Below, in pieces: positions 24,629 to 34,631 of a stretch of DNA of 64,000 bases. Both the position numbers and the translations under genes were made by a program. The notes under the pieces are model-generated. The model was not told the origin of the DNA. It saw only the letters and a list, made by a program, of their open reading frames with translations, and did no database searches. The DNA is from an uncultured Thermoleophilia bacterium. Its GTDB lineage: Bacteria; Actinomycetota; Thermoleophilia; UBA2241. How positions within the stretch are numbered: position 1 is the stretch's first letter; each line of letters starts with the position of its first letter. The stretch covers positions 162,011-226,010 of the forward strand of contig CAWHPR010000002.1 of NCBI GenBank assembly GCA_963831295.1, given 5' to 3'.

Positions 24629-24663
24629 GCGGGCGGGCCGGGCGTCACGCCCGGCCCGCCCGC
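24629..24663 (-). terminator. Intrinsic terminator after the arginine-synthetase-like gene
   Basis: GCGGGCGGGCCGGGCG-TCA-CGCCCGGCCCGCCCGC, followed by GTTTTCG on the minus strand. Confidence 0.7.
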
Positions 24664-24682
24664 ACGCGTCCTTCGGCCCGAC

Positions 24683-26005
24683 TCAGATGAAGCCGCGCTC
24701 GCCGAGCACGTCGGCGAGCGTCGGGTGACCGATCTCCTGCAGGTCGTACTTGACCTGCACGGCCGGCAGCTTGATGTCGATGATCCGCCGCAGGTCCATC
24801 GGCGTGCCGATGACGACCAGGTCGGCGCCGGAGGTGTTGATGGTCGTCTCGAGGTCCTTGAGCTGCTGCTCCGAGTAGCCCATGGCCGGCAGCAGCACGC
24901 CGACGTTCGGGTACTTCTCGAAGGTCGCCTTGATCTCGCCGACGGCGAACGGCCGCGGGTCGACGAACTCGGCGGCGCCGAGCTGCCGCGCGGCCACCGT
25001 GCCGGCGCCGTACTTCATCTCGCCGTGGGTCAGCGTGGGGCCATCCTCGACGACGAGGACCTTCTTGCCCTGCACGAGCTCGGGCTTGTCGACCGTGACC
25101 GGCGAGGCGCCCATGACGATGCGCGCCGTCGGGTTGACCGAGCGCACCGCCTCGAGCTCGGCCTCGATGCCGGCACGATCGGCCGAGTCGACCTTGTTGA
25201 GCACGACCACGTCGGCCAGGCGCAGGTTGACCTCGCCCGGGTAGTAGACGAGGCCGTCGCCCGGCCGGTGCGGGTCGGCGACGGTGATGTAGAGGTCGGC
25301 CTTGTAGAAGCTGAAGTCGTTGTTGCCGCCGTCCCAGAGGATGACGTCGGCCTCCTTCTCGGCCTCGCGCACGATGGCCTCGTAGTCGACGCCGGCGTAG
25401 ATCACGTTGCCGGCCACGACGTGCGGCTCGTACTCCTCCATCTCCTCGATCGTGCACTCGTGCTTGGCCAAGTCCTCGACGGTGGCGTAGCGCTGCACGC
25501 GCTGCTTCACGAGGTCGCCGTACGGCATGGGATGACGGATGCTCACGACCTTCTTGCCGGCCGCGCGCAACATGGTCTGGATCTTGCGCGTCGTCTGGCT
25601 CTTGCCGGCGCCCGTGCGCACGGCGCAGACGGCGATCACCGGCTTCGTGCTCTTCACCATGACGTGGTCGGGGCCGAGCAGGCGGAAGTCGGCGCCGAGA
25701 GCGTTCACGATCGCCGAGCGGTGCATGACGTACTCGTAGGGCACGTCGGAGTAGGCGAACACGACCTGCTCGACGCCGTGCTGCTTGACCAGGGCGGGCA
25801 TCTCGGACTCGTCGTGGATCGGGATGCCGTCCGGGTACAGGCTGCCGGCGAGCTCCGCCGGGTACTTGCGGTCGTCGATGTAGGGGATCTGGGTGGCGGT
25901 GAAGGCCACGACCTCGTACGTGTCGTTGTCGCGGAAGTACGTGTTGAAGTTGTGGAAGTCGCGCCCGGCGGCTCCCATGATCAGGACTTTCGTTCGCTCG
26001 GCCAT
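24683..26005 (-). CDS. Arginine synthetase (ArcE)-like / cyclic 2,3-diphosphoglycerate synthetase family P-loop enzyme
   Basis: MGAAGRDFHNFN, AVRTGAGKSQT P-loop, RHPMPYGDL, WDGGNND, VEDGPTLTHG; adjacent to OTCase. Confidence 0.85.
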   Translation of the reverse strand: MAERTKVLIMGAAGRDFHNFNTYFRDNDTYEVVAFTATQIPYIDDRKYPAELAGSLYPDGIPIHDESEMPALVKQHGVEQVVFAYSDVPYEYVMHRSAIVNALGADFRLLGPDHVMVKSTKPVIAVCAVRTGAGKSQTTRKIQTMLRAAGKKVVSIRHPMPYGDLVKQRVQRYATVEDLAKHECTIEEMEEYEPHVVAGNVIYAGVDYEAIVREAEKEADVILWDGGNNDFSFYKADLYITVADPHRPGDGLVYYPGEVNLRLADVVVLNKVDSADRAGIEAELEAVRSVNPTARIVMGASPVTVDKPELVQGKKVLVVEDGPTLTHGEMKYGAGTVAARQLGAAEFVDPRPFAVGEIKATFEKYPNVGVLLPAMGYSEQQLKDLETTINTSGADLVVIGTPMDLRRIIDIKLPAVQVKYDLQEIGHPTLADVLGERGFI

Positions 26006-26049
26006 GCTCACTCCTGTGATCAGAGGTCCCTCCGCGCCACGATCCGATG

Positions 26050-27120
26050 TCAGGCCTGCGGAGTGAACACCTTGTGGACGTACGGTGACGTGGACAGCTG
26101 CACGGTGGCAGCGTAGTTGGGACGGAAGCGCAGGGCCTGCCCGAGCCGCGGCGGCGCGGGCATGGCCTCGACGTCGACGATGAGGTGGTCGCTCGAGGCG
26201 CCGAGGATCTCGACCCCCGGGTCGAGCGGCGTGATCCACTCGGCCATGACGTCTTGACGGCCCAGGGCGAGGATCGCGCGCCGACGCTCGCCGCGGTCCT
26301 CGAAGGCCGGCCGGTTGCCGTAGGCGTCCTGGGCGACCTCACCACGCGGCAGGCTCGGCTTGACCCTGCACTCGATCACCGGGGCGGCGAGCTCGAAGAC
26401 GTCGGCGTGCAGGCCAGCGACGGGCTCGCGCGTGAGCGTGTCGACGCCGTGCAGGATCGTCTCGCCGACGCGCAGCGTGGTGACGCCGGCCGGCATGCAG
26501 CCGGAGGCGATCATGCCGATCGAGCCCGAGTTGCCGCCGCCGACCAGCAGGCGGCGGCCGACGCGGCGCTCGGTCTCGCGGGCGAGAGCGACGAGCTCGC
26601 CCATATTGCGTTCGTCGGGCATCACCGCACCGTAGCAGGTGAGGTTGACCCCTATGCCGGCGAGCTCGACGTGCTCGAGCGCCTCGACGGCGTCGACGAA
26701 GGCCGGCAGATCGGCCGGCATGAGGCCCTCGCGCAGGTCGCCGAGGTCGACCATGACGAGCACCTGGTGACGGCGCCCGAGGGCAGCGGCCGCGGCGTCG
26801 AGCGCCGCGCAGGTCTCGAGCTCGCTGGCGAGCGAGAGGTCGAAGAGGCGCACGGTCTCGGCCGCCCGCTCGGGCGCCGGGGTGCGCAGCAGCCAGAGCG
26901 GCGCCTCGATCCCCGCCGCGCGCAGCCGCTCGGCGTTCTCGTGCCGCGACTCGCCGAGCGCGACCGCGCCGCCGGCGAGCAGCGCCCGGCCGACCTCGGG
27001 GGCGCCGCACGTGCACTTGGTGACGGCGACGACCTCGACGCCCGCAAGCATGCCCGCCACGGCGCGCGCGTTGGCGGTGATCTTCTCGAGGTCAACGTTC
27101 AGCGTGGCGTAGGCGGTCAT
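26050..27120 (-). CDS. orr: Alanine/ornithine racemase family PLP enzyme (probable ornithine racemase)
   Basis: VAVTK, LMVDLGDLREG, NLTCYG, GGNS, LGRQD, GASSDH; clustered with ora/ort/ord. Confidence 0.85.
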   Translation of the reverse strand: MTAYATLNVDLEKITANARAVAGMLAGVEVVAVTKCTCGAPEVGRALLAGGAVALGESRHENAERLRAAGIEAPLWLLRTPAPERAAETVRLFDLSLASELETCAALDAAAAALGRRHQVLVMVDLGDLREGLMPADLPAFVDAVEALEHVELAGIGVNLTCYGAVMPDERNMGELVALARETERRVGRRLLVGGGNSGSIGMIASGCMPAGVTTLRVGETILHGVDTLTREPVAGLHADVFELAAPVIECRVKPSLPRGEVAQDAYGNRPAFEDRGERRRAILALGRQDVMAEWITPLDPGVEILGASSDHLIVDVEAMPAPPRLGQALRFRPNYAATVQLSTSPYVHKVFTPQA

Positions 27121-27158
27121 GGGCCTCCCGGCGGCAGCGGCGCGGCAAGCCGCGCCGC

Positions 27159-27175
27159 TGCATAAGACGTATGCA
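27159..27175. promoter_or_regulatory. Candidate operator palindrome TGCATA-N5-TATGCA upstream of orr
   Basis: AT-rich inverted repeat 39 nt upstream of the orr start; 13/17 identical to 37813-37829. Confidence 0.55.
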
Positions 27176-27180
27176 GGACT

Positions 27181-28251
27181 CTATCGGGCTCGCGCCCGGG
27201 CGCGCAAGTCACTCCCTCGTTCACCGCCGGCCGGCAGTCGCCCGACGTTCCACAGATAGACTCCGCTCGCGAGGGCGAGCTTCTGCGCGTATCCCCCAAG
27301 GGTCAGCATGCCGTCGGCTTCGCCGCGGAAGCAGTACCAGCAGCCCTGGCAGGCCTCGACCTCCTCCCTGACGGCGGGCGAGCGCAGCGCCGCGAGCCCG
27401 GCCTCGAGGACGTGCCCGACGCGAGGCAGGTCCACGCAGGGGTGGATACCGCCGTACGGATCCACGCTGAAGTACTTGCGACCGGCATGGCAATCCCTCG
27501 GCCGCTCCTGCTCGTCGAAAGCGCCCATTCTCTCGAGATACCGCCTCGTGTTCAGCAGGACGCCACGCCGCCGCGGATGGTCGAGCAGATCCTCCACAGC
27601 CCGGCGGATACACTCGGGCGCCAGGTCGTCGTCCACACGACGGTGGTGCGGCTGCACGACAAGACGGACGCCGGCGCCGGCGGCGAGGTCGACGAGCTGC
27701 GGAAGGCCACGCTCGTTCCGCCGCGTCACCACCGTCATGATCCCCGCAGTGCGGCAGCCGCCGACGAAGCCGTCCCCCAACAGACGCACGGCGACGAGCG
27801 TCCGCTCGTAGGCGCCCTCGACGCCACGCTGGCCGTCGTGCACGACCGGGTCGGCGGCGTCCAGTGAGACGAAGAGGTTGTGCAGACCCGCTTCCCTCAG
27901 ACCGCGCACCCGCGAACGGTCGAGCGACAGCCCGTTGGTGACGAGCGACACCCACATGCCCCGTCTCGCGGCATGCGCGACGATGGCCTCGAGATCGTCC
28001 CGCAATGTCGGCTCGCCACCGGTGAAGTTGACGGCTCGGCACCCGGCCTCGGCCACGCGCTCGAGACCGCGGCACACCTCCTCGGTCGTCTGCTCATCGG
28101 CGACGGGCGCGTCCCGCCTCCAGTAGCCACACATCGCACACCGGGCGTCACAGCGGTAGGTGAGCTCCCAGAGGCAATTCAGGAAGCTGCGCTCCCTGGC
28201 CGCGGCCCGCGTCAGCCGCATGGCCAGAGCCAGGCCCCTCGTCAGGTCCAT
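27181..28251 (-). CDS. Radical SAM protein with a C-terminal SPASM/twitch-like cysteine domain
   Basis: CDARCAMC, FTGGEP, VTNG, VSLD; C-terminal CHAGR...IHPC...CQGCWYC. Start may instead be at 28272. Confidence 0.88.
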   Translation of the reverse strand: MDLTRGLALAMRLTRAAARERSFLNCLWELTYRCDARCAMCGYWRRDAPVADEQTTEEVCRGLERVAEAGCRAVNFTGGEPTLRDDLEAIVAHAARRGMWVSLVTNGLSLDRSRVRGLREAGLHNLFVSLDAADPVVHDGQRGVEGAYERTLVAVRLLGDGFVGGCRTAGIMTVVTRRNERGLPQLVDLAAGAGVRLVVQPHHRRVDDDLAPECIRRAVEDLLDHPRRRGVLLNTRRYLERMGAFDEQERPRDCHAGRKYFSVDPYGGIHPCVDLPRVGHVLEAGLAALRSPAVREEVEACQGCWYCFRGEADGMLTLGGYAQKLALASGVYLWNVGRLPAGGERGSDLRARARAR

Positions 28252-28336
28252 GCAGACGCCACTGGTCTCCATGCCGCCAGTGCATCACACCCGGCGGCGC
28301 GGGCGCCAGCGGGTCATCGCGCCGTTGCCTCGGCGC

Positions 28337-29539
28337 TCAGTTGACGTTGTAGCTCAGCAGGAAGTCGTACCAGCCGACGCCGATCGGGACCGGCTGGGCG
28401 AACGCCACGTCGGCGAACGGGTCGCCGTAGTACTTCCAGTCGCCCACGTTGCCCCACCAGATGGTGAGACCGGTGGCGCCCTCCGTCCAGCGCGTGGTGT
28501 GCGTGTCGACGACGGCCGCCGAGACCGCCTCGGCGACGGCGGCGCTCGAGGCGCCCACGTCGCTGCCCGCGAGCGCGGGGTCGGCCGCCAGCCGCTCGCA
28601 CAGGCCGACCAGGTCGTACTGCCTGGTCGACGTCGCCCTCCAGGTCTTGATGAGCGCCTTCTTGTAGATCAGCTCGTTGGCGGGCATGCCCGCCGCCAGT
28701 CCGGCGGCCCAGCTCTGCAGCGCCGCTTTCGCGGCGCCGATCTCACGCACGTCGACCGCCGAGAGACAGACCGCCTTGGCCCACGTCAGCGGGTCGTAGT
28801 ACTGACCCCAGCCGTCGACCATGTCGACGAGCAACTGCTCGGGCGAGCGTGACGGGTCGCCGATCAACGGCGTAAGCATCAGGTCGTAGGCGTAGCCGTC
28901 GAGCGGCACCATCTCCTCGGAGGCGACCATGTAGTCGACCATCCCGGTGAGAGCCAGCTCGTAGGCCACCGCGATGTCCCCCATGGCGCAGGCGTCGAAG
29001 GCGAGGACGTCGATCGGCGTCGCGGCACCAACGAGTGCCGCGTTGAGCTCGGCCATCGTGATGCGGTCGCCACCGGACGAGTCGTCACTGCACACGTAGC
29101 GCCAGGCGTAGCCGTGATCCCACATGGTGACCGCGAGATGCGTCGCCGGATAGCGCGTCGCCACCTCCTCGACGAACCACTCGAAGGTCGTGCCCTCGCC
29201 CGTGTTCAGCTCCGGGAACTCTGCCACGACCGCCTGCTCGCCGCCCTCGAACTCGATGAGCTCGGTGCCCACGGTGCTGAGGCGGTCGACCATCGCGACG
29301 ATGTGCACGTTCGCGCTCGCCGGGATGCGCAGCAGCGCCGGGAGGTTGATGTCGTCCCAGGACGACTCGAGGTTGTTGTCGGCGGCGACGTAGATGGCGA
29401 ACGTCCAGTCGGCCGTCACGTCGCCGGTCGTGTCGGCGCTCGCCGTCGCCGGCGCGACGAGCAGCGCGAGCAGCAGAACTGCGAACAGCGCCGCCGTGCC
29501 CGCCCGCGCGGATGCCGGCCGTCGGGCCTGTGACCTCAT
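28337..29539 (-). CDS. Secreted clostripain-family (C11) cysteine peptidase, copy 1
   Basis: Signal peptide; WTFAIYVAADNNLE, WDHGYAW (His), FDACAMG (Cys), ASEE. Confidence 0.9.
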   Translation of the reverse strand: MRSQARRPASARAGTAALFAVLLLALLVAPATASADTTGDVTADWTFAIYVAADNNLESSWDDINLPALLRIPASANVHIVAMVDRLSTVGTELIEFEGGEQAVVAEFPELNTGEGTTFEWFVEEVATRYPATHLAVTMWDHGYAWRYVCSDDSSGGDRITMAELNAALVGAATPIDVLAFDACAMGDIAVAYELALTGMVDYMVASEEMVPLDGYAYDLMLTPLIGDPSRSPEQLLVDMVDGWGQYYDPLTWAKAVCLSAVDVREIGAAKAALQSWAAGLAAGMPANELIYKKALIKTWRATSTRQYDLVGLCERLAADPALAGSDVGASSAAVAEAVSAAVVDTHTTRWTEGATGLTIWWGNVGDWKYYGDPFADVAFAQPVPIGVGWYDFLLSYNVN

Positions 29540-29611
29540 GACGATACCCCCCTGGGTCGTGTGTGCGGCGGGCGCGGCGGCCGTACGGCCGCCGCGCCCG
29601 CCGCCCTTCAC

Positions 29612-30808
29612 TCAGTTCGCGTAGTAGGTCTGCAGCAGGTCGTACCAGCCCACGCCGACCGGCGCCGGCTGGGCGAAGGCCGTGTTGGCGCCGAACAGCG
29701 CCTCGTAGGACGCCCAGTCACCGGCGTTGGCCCACCACACGGCGATACCCGTGGCGCCGGCCGTCCAGCGCGTCGTGTGATTGGCGATCACGGCGCCCCT
29801 CATCGCCTCGGCGACGGCGACGGTCGCCGTCTTCAGCTTCATCCCGTCGGCCTTCTTGAGGTCGGGGTCGAGCGCCAGCCGGTCGCAGAAGCTGATGAAG
29901 TCGTACTGCCAGCTGTTCAGCGCCGTCCACGTCTTGACCAGCGCCATCTTGTAGTCCTGCTTGAAGAGCGGCACGCCCGCGGTCATGCGCTGCACCCACG
30001 TCTGCAGGGCCGGGATCGCCGCGCGCACCTCGCGCACGTCGATCGCCGACAGGCACACCATCGTGTAGCCGCCCACGCCGTCGTAGTACGCGCCCCAGCC
30101 GTCGACCATGTCGGCGGCGACCTGCTCGGGCGTGCGGCCGGGCTCGAGCGCCACCGGCGCCAGCATCAGGTCGTAGGCGAAACCCGCGAAGGGGATCATC
30201 TCCTCGGAGGCGACCATGATGTCGACCACTCCGCTGAGGGCGACCTCGTACGCGACCGCCATGTCGGCCATGTTGCAGGCGTCGAAGGCGAGGATGTCGA
30301 TCGGCACCCCGGCAGCGGCGATGGAAGCCCGCAGCTCGGGCATCGTGATGCGGTCCTTGGCTGAGGAGTCGTCGTAGCAGATGCCGCGCCAGGCGCCGCC
30401 GTGGTCCCACAGGTCGACGGCGAGGTGCTCGGAGGGGTACTCCGCGGCCAGGTACTCGACGAACCACTGCAGGTTCGCCCCGTCGCCGAAGTCCATCTCC
30501 TCATACGTGTCGACGACCGTGGCCACGCCGCCCTCGAACTCGATCAGCTCCGTGGTCGTCGTGCTGAGCCGGTCGACCAGGGCGATGATGTGCACGTCCT
30601 CGCTCTCCGGGATGCCCAGCAGCGCGGGGACGTTGATGTCGTCCCAGGCAGACTCGAGGTTGTTGTCGGCGGCGATGTAGAGGCCGAACGTCCACTCGGC
30701 CTCGTCGACTGCGAACGCCGGCGCCGCGAAGACGGCGAGCAGCGCCACCACCGTCAACGCCGTGAGGCAGAGCCGGGCGCAGTGCGACCCGCGTGCGTGG
30801 GATGTCAT
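29612..30808 (-). CDS. Secreted clostripain-family (C11) cysteine peptidase, copy 2
   Basis: Signal peptide ending in AFA; WTFGLYIAADNNLE, WDHGGAW, FDACNMA, ASEE. Confidence 0.9.
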   Translation of the reverse strand: MTSHARGSHCARLCLTALTVVALLAVFAAPAFAVDEAEWTFGLYIAADNNLESAWDDINVPALLGIPESEDVHIIALVDRLSTTTTELIEFEGGVATVVDTYEEMDFGDGANLQWFVEYLAAEYPSEHLAVDLWDHGGAWRGICYDDSSAKDRITMPELRASIAAAGVPIDILAFDACNMADMAVAYEVALSGVVDIMVASEEMIPFAGFAYDLMLAPVALEPGRTPEQVAADMVDGWGAYYDGVGGYTMVCLSAIDVREVRAAIPALQTWVQRMTAGVPLFKQDYKMALVKTWTALNSWQYDFISFCDRLALDPDLKKADGMKLKTATVAVAEAMRGAVIANHTTRWTAGATGIAVWWANAGDWASYEALFGANTAFAQPAPVGVGWYDLLQTYYAN

Positions 30809-31012
30809 GACGGTCCCCCCCATATCTCGTGGTCGCGCCGGACCAGTCGAGACGCGCACGGCGACCCCCCCAGGCCGCCGGCAGGGCCCCTTCGCCGACG
30901 CTCGTCACGGGCTATCGTACGCCCTTCACCGCAGGGGTCAACGACCAGCTGCTCCGCCGCTTCAGGGCCGCCCTCGGCTCGAGGGTCGAGGGACGACGAG
31001 CGGGTCGGCGCG

Positions 31013-32365
31013 TCAGATGCCGGCGCTGCCGCGCATGAGCGCGACGACGGCGCCGGCGTCGAAGTGCGCGAACAGCGCGCCGCAACAGGCGAAGATGTAG
31101 TCGCCGTCGAGCACGATGCGCGCGTCGGACGGCGGCAGCAGGCGATCGCCGCCGTTCTTGGCCCGCGTGTCGGCAAGGACGGCCTCGCCGCCGGGCAGGC
31201 GCGTGAGCGCCCCGCCGGTCCCGATCACGAGACGGCAGGCGGTGAGGTCGCGGCCGCGGGCCACCGTCTGGCGACCGGTCGGCGTGTAGAGGTGCGCGAG
31301 CTCGCCGGCGTGGCGCTGCATCGCGGTGACGGCGGCGAAGTGGGTCAGCGTGAGCGCCGCCTCGACCTCCTCGGAGGTGGTCGGCAACGGCGGCGGAAGC
31401 TGCTGGGGCCGCTGCTGCCGGGCGAGCATCTCGACGACGTGCACCGCGCTCACGTAGGTGCCGAGGTCGCCCTCGACCGTGCGCTTGCTGTGCGGCTGCG
31501 GGTCGACCTGGATCGCGCTCAGCTCGGGGCTGCCGTCGGTGATCGAATGGACGTCCGTGGTGGCGCCGCCGACGTCGACGACGACGAGGTCCCCGACGTC
31601 GGCGGCCAGCCGCTCAGCGGCGATCAACACCGCGCCCGGCGTCGGCAGGATGCGACCGGTCACGACCTCGCCGATGCGCTCCATGCCGGGGGCGTGCGTG
31701 ATGTGCTCCTCGAAGGCGTCGTGGATCACCGCGCGGGCCGGCACGATGTCGAGCTCGTCGATCCCCGGGTAGACGTTGTTGGTCAGCTTGACCGTGAAGC
31801 CCGCGGCCTCGAGCAATCCCCGAGCATCGGCGGAGACGACCGAGTTGCCCGCGTACACGACGATCGGGCGCGCCTCGAGCTCGGTGAGACGCGCGGCGTT
31901 GAACAGCACCGTGTCGCAGTCCCCGCCCTCGACGCCGCCGGCGAGCAGGACCAGGTTGGGGCGCTCCTCGGCGACGCGGCGCAGGTCGTGGTCGCGCAGA
32001 CGACCGGCCGTCTGGTACTTCACGACCGCGCCGGCACCCAGCGCGGCCTCGCGCGCCGCCATCGCCGTCATCCGCTGCGTGAGGCCGTGCACGGTCATGC
32101 GGAGGCCGCCGGCCGCCGAGCTGGTCGCCAGCGTCAGGCGTGGCGCGAGCGGCCCGGAGGCCGCCTCCAGCCGCGCCCGGGCGGAGTTCACGCCGATGGT
32201 CACGTCCCCGTCGGCGACAGACGTGGCGGCGACGCCCTGCCCGACGAGGCAGGGCGTCGCCGTGGGGTACTCGCTCAGCCCGTCGAAGGCCGAGACGACG
32301 GTCGTCGTCGAGCCGATCTCGGCGACGAGCGCGTCGACGGGGCGTGGCTCATCGTGCGCCGGCAC
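31013..32365 (-). CDS. GlmL/MutL-family aminomutase reactivating factor
   Basis: AEIGSTTT, ATSSAAGGL, LAGGVEGG, DVGGATTDVHS, KRTVEGDLG; directly downstream of oraE. Confidence 0.9.
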   Translation of the reverse strand: MPAHDEPRPVDALVAEIGSTTTVVSAFDGLSEYPTATPCLVGQGVAATSVADGDVTIGVNSARARLEAASGPLAPRLTLATSSAAGGLRMTVHGLTQRMTAMAAREAALGAGAVVKYQTAGRLRDHDLRRVAEERPNLVLLAGGVEGGDCDTVLFNAARLTELEARPIVVYAGNSVVSADARGLLEAAGFTVKLTNNVYPGIDELDIVPARAVIHDAFEEHITHAPGMERIGEVVTGRILPTPGAVLIAAERLAADVGDLVVVDVGGATTDVHSITDGSPELSAIQVDPQPHSKRTVEGDLGTYVSAVHVVEMLARQQRPQQLPPPLPTTSEEVEAALTLTHFAAVTAMQRHAGELAHLYTPTGRQTVARGRDLTACRLVIGTGGALTRLPGGEAVLADTRAKNGGDRLLPPSDARIVLDGDYIFACCGALFAHFDAGAVVALMRGSAGI

Positions 32366-32372
32366 CCGCGCC

Positions 32373-34631
32373 TCACATCCCCCGCTCGCGCATCGTCTCG
32401 ACGATGAACGAGGCCACCTGGAGGCCCTTGGCGCCGCGGCCGAAGCCGGCGTCCATGCCCCAGCTCCGCGCCAGCTCGCCGGTGACCTGCGTGCCGCCGG
32501 AGATGAGCAGGAGCCTGTCGCGGACACCCTTCTCGACCGCCAGGTCGGCGAGCTTCTCCATGTTGCTGCGGTGCATGTCGCCGTGAGTGATGATGGTCGA
32601 GATGAGGACGATCTGGGCGGCGTGCTCGATGGCCGCGTCGAGGACCTTCTCGACCGGCACCGAGGTGCCCAGGTGCTCGCAGGCGAAGCCCCACTTCTCG
32701 AGGCCGCCGTGCTTGATGTCGATGATCTCGCGCATGCCCACCGAGTGCTCGTCCTGGCCGACCGTGGCGGCCACGCACTTGAGCCCCTTCTCGACGACGA
32801 AGGCTTTGATCTCCTCGTCGCTGATGACGACGGGCTCAGGCGGGATCACGAGCCGGGCCGGGTCGACGACGGCGTCCAGCCGGCCCTTCATCTCGATGAG
32901 GGTGCCCTCCGCCGGGTGCATGACCTGGCGATTGATGACCTCGCAGTCCTGCAGGTTCATCGCCTTGCCGAACTCGAGAGCGGCGGCCTCGGCGACGCGT
33001 CGCTCGGCCGGAAGGAAGAGCGTGACCACGACCCAGCCGTCGGCGGCCCACTCGACCTCCGGCTTGATGAGACCCTTCTCGCGGAGCTCAGCGGTCTGGG
33101 CCAGGCGTGCGTTGACGTTGTCCTCGGGGTCGAGCTCGTCGATGAACGGCACCTTGCCGGGGTCGCACAGCGTGCAGCCGCCGATCAGGTCGCAGGGCTT
33201 CTGCGATGCGGGGCCGGCTTCGCCGCCCGCCCCGCCGGACGGGACCGCCCCGCCCGCCGGCTCGCCGTACCCATCCGGCAGGTGGTTGTCACCGAAGTGG
33301 TGGCAGACCGGCGCGAGGTAGTCGGCGGCGCGCTCGACGATGGTCCCGGCGGCCACGCCCCCGTCGCTCTGGCGGGCGATGCCGTCGTCGTGGGTCTCCG
33401 GGTACTCGCCGGAATCGACGAAGTACGCCTGCTCGACGGCGGCGAAGTAGCCGCCGTCCGCGAGCATCGCCTCGAGGAAGAGGACGGCGCGCTCCTTGAG
33501 CTCGCGGATCTTGCCCTTGAGCTCGGGGGCGTCGCGGTCGACCTTGACCATCTCGCGCAGGCCGTCCATGCCCACGAGTGACTGCTTGGCCGTGTTCACG
33601 GCCGCGACGTTGTTGTAGTGCCACGGCACGTTGCGGCCCTCGTCGGGGGTGATGGTGCTCTGGATGTCGGCGCTCGTGAGCCGGCTGATCATGAGGTTCA
33701 TGACGTGACTCACGGTCGCGTCGCGCCCGTCGGACTCCATGTAGCGCGTGTTCTGCTGGGCGCGCATCTTGTACTCGCCGAAGAGATCGCGGAGGGCGAC
33801 CGCATAGGGCAGGTCCATGCGCATGCAGGGCGCCGGCGCCGCGTCGGGCGGCACCGTCGAGAGGCAGATGTCCTCCTTGGGCATGCCGGCGGCGACCGAG
33901 TAGGCGCAGTTGACGGCGTGCTGGACGAGGAGTTCGGGCATCACGTTCCACGCTTCGACGGCGGTGGCGTTGGCGTTGTGCGCGCCGTCGATCTGCGCCA
34001 TGCGCACGCTGGCCATCACGTGCTTCGCCACCGCCGCGTCGACGAAGCTGCGATACATGTTGATGTTCCGGTAGAGGACGTTGTACTGCGGGTCCTGGTG
34101 GGCCCCGTTCACGCCCTCCTCGGCGAACATCACGGCCATCTCGGGGCCGGCGACGCCGCTCACGTAGCTGTGGAAGTTGATCGGCCGGCCCACCTCGTCC
34201 TCGATGAGGTCCAGCGCCTTACGCGTGGCGCGCACCTGCTTGCGGGTCACGGCGATACCGCCGACGCCCTCGGGGGTGCCCTCGAGCAGACCGTCCATGT
34301 GGCTCTGCCCGGCCGTGCGGATCACCATCATGTGATCGGCGCCGTGCCAGGCCGCCATGCGCATGCGGCGGATGTCGTCCTCGAAGCGCCCGCTGGCGAT
34401 CTCGGTCGTGACCACGCAGTCGGGCTGCGGGTCGATGAAGTCGAAGTAGTGGGCCGCCGGCAGCGGGATGCTGTTCGTGACGCCCTTCGAGGTCTCCTTG
34501 AAGACGAACTTGTGGAGCTTCTGGTCGGGCACCTGCTCGCGCCAGTGCCAGCCGCGGCGTCGCGGACGGTACTCCGCGATGCCGTCGAGGAGGGCGGCGA
34601 CATCGAGCTTCTCGTTGGGATCGAGCTTCAT
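32373..34631 (-). CDS. oraE: D-ornithine 4,5-aminomutase, large subunit (B12/PLP)
   Basis: EIASGRFEDDIRRMRMAAWHGADH, B12 motif DEHSVG, PLP lysine in IIDIKHGG. Confidence 0.95.
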   Translation of the reverse strand: MKLDPNEKLDVAALLDGIAEYRPRRRGWHWREQVPDQKLHKFVFKETSKGVTNSIPLPAAHYFDFIDPQPDCVVTTEIASGRFEDDIRRMRMAAWHGADHMMVIRTAGQSHMDGLLEGTPEGVGGIAVTRKQVRATRKALDLIEDEVGRPINFHSYVSGVAGPEMAVMFAEEGVNGAHQDPQYNVLYRNINMYRSFVDAAVAKHVMASVRMAQIDGAHNANATAVEAWNVMPELLVQHAVNCAYSVAAGMPKEDICLSTVPPDAAPAPCMRMDLPYAVALRDLFGEYKMRAQQNTRYMESDGRDATVSHVMNLMISRLTSADIQSTITPDEGRNVPWHYNNVAAVNTAKQSLVGMDGLREMVKVDRDAPELKGKIRELKERAVLFLEAMLADGGYFAAVEQAYFVDSGEYPETHDDGIARQSDGGVAAGTIVERAADYLAPVCHHFGDNHLPDGYGEPAGGAVPSGGAGGEAGPASQKPCDLIGGCTLCDPGKVPFIDELDPEDNVNARLAQTAELREKGLIKPEVEWAADGWVVVTLFLPAERRVAEAAALEFGKAMNLQDCEVINRQVMHPAEGTLIEMKGRLDAVVDPARLVIPPEPVVISDEEIKAFVVEKGLKCVAATVGQDEHSVGMREIIDIKHGGLEKWGFACEHLGTSVPVEKVLDAAIEHAAQIVLISTIITHGDMHRSNMEKLADLAVEKGVRDRLLLISGGTQVTGELARSWGMDAGFGRGAKGLQVASFIVETMRERGM

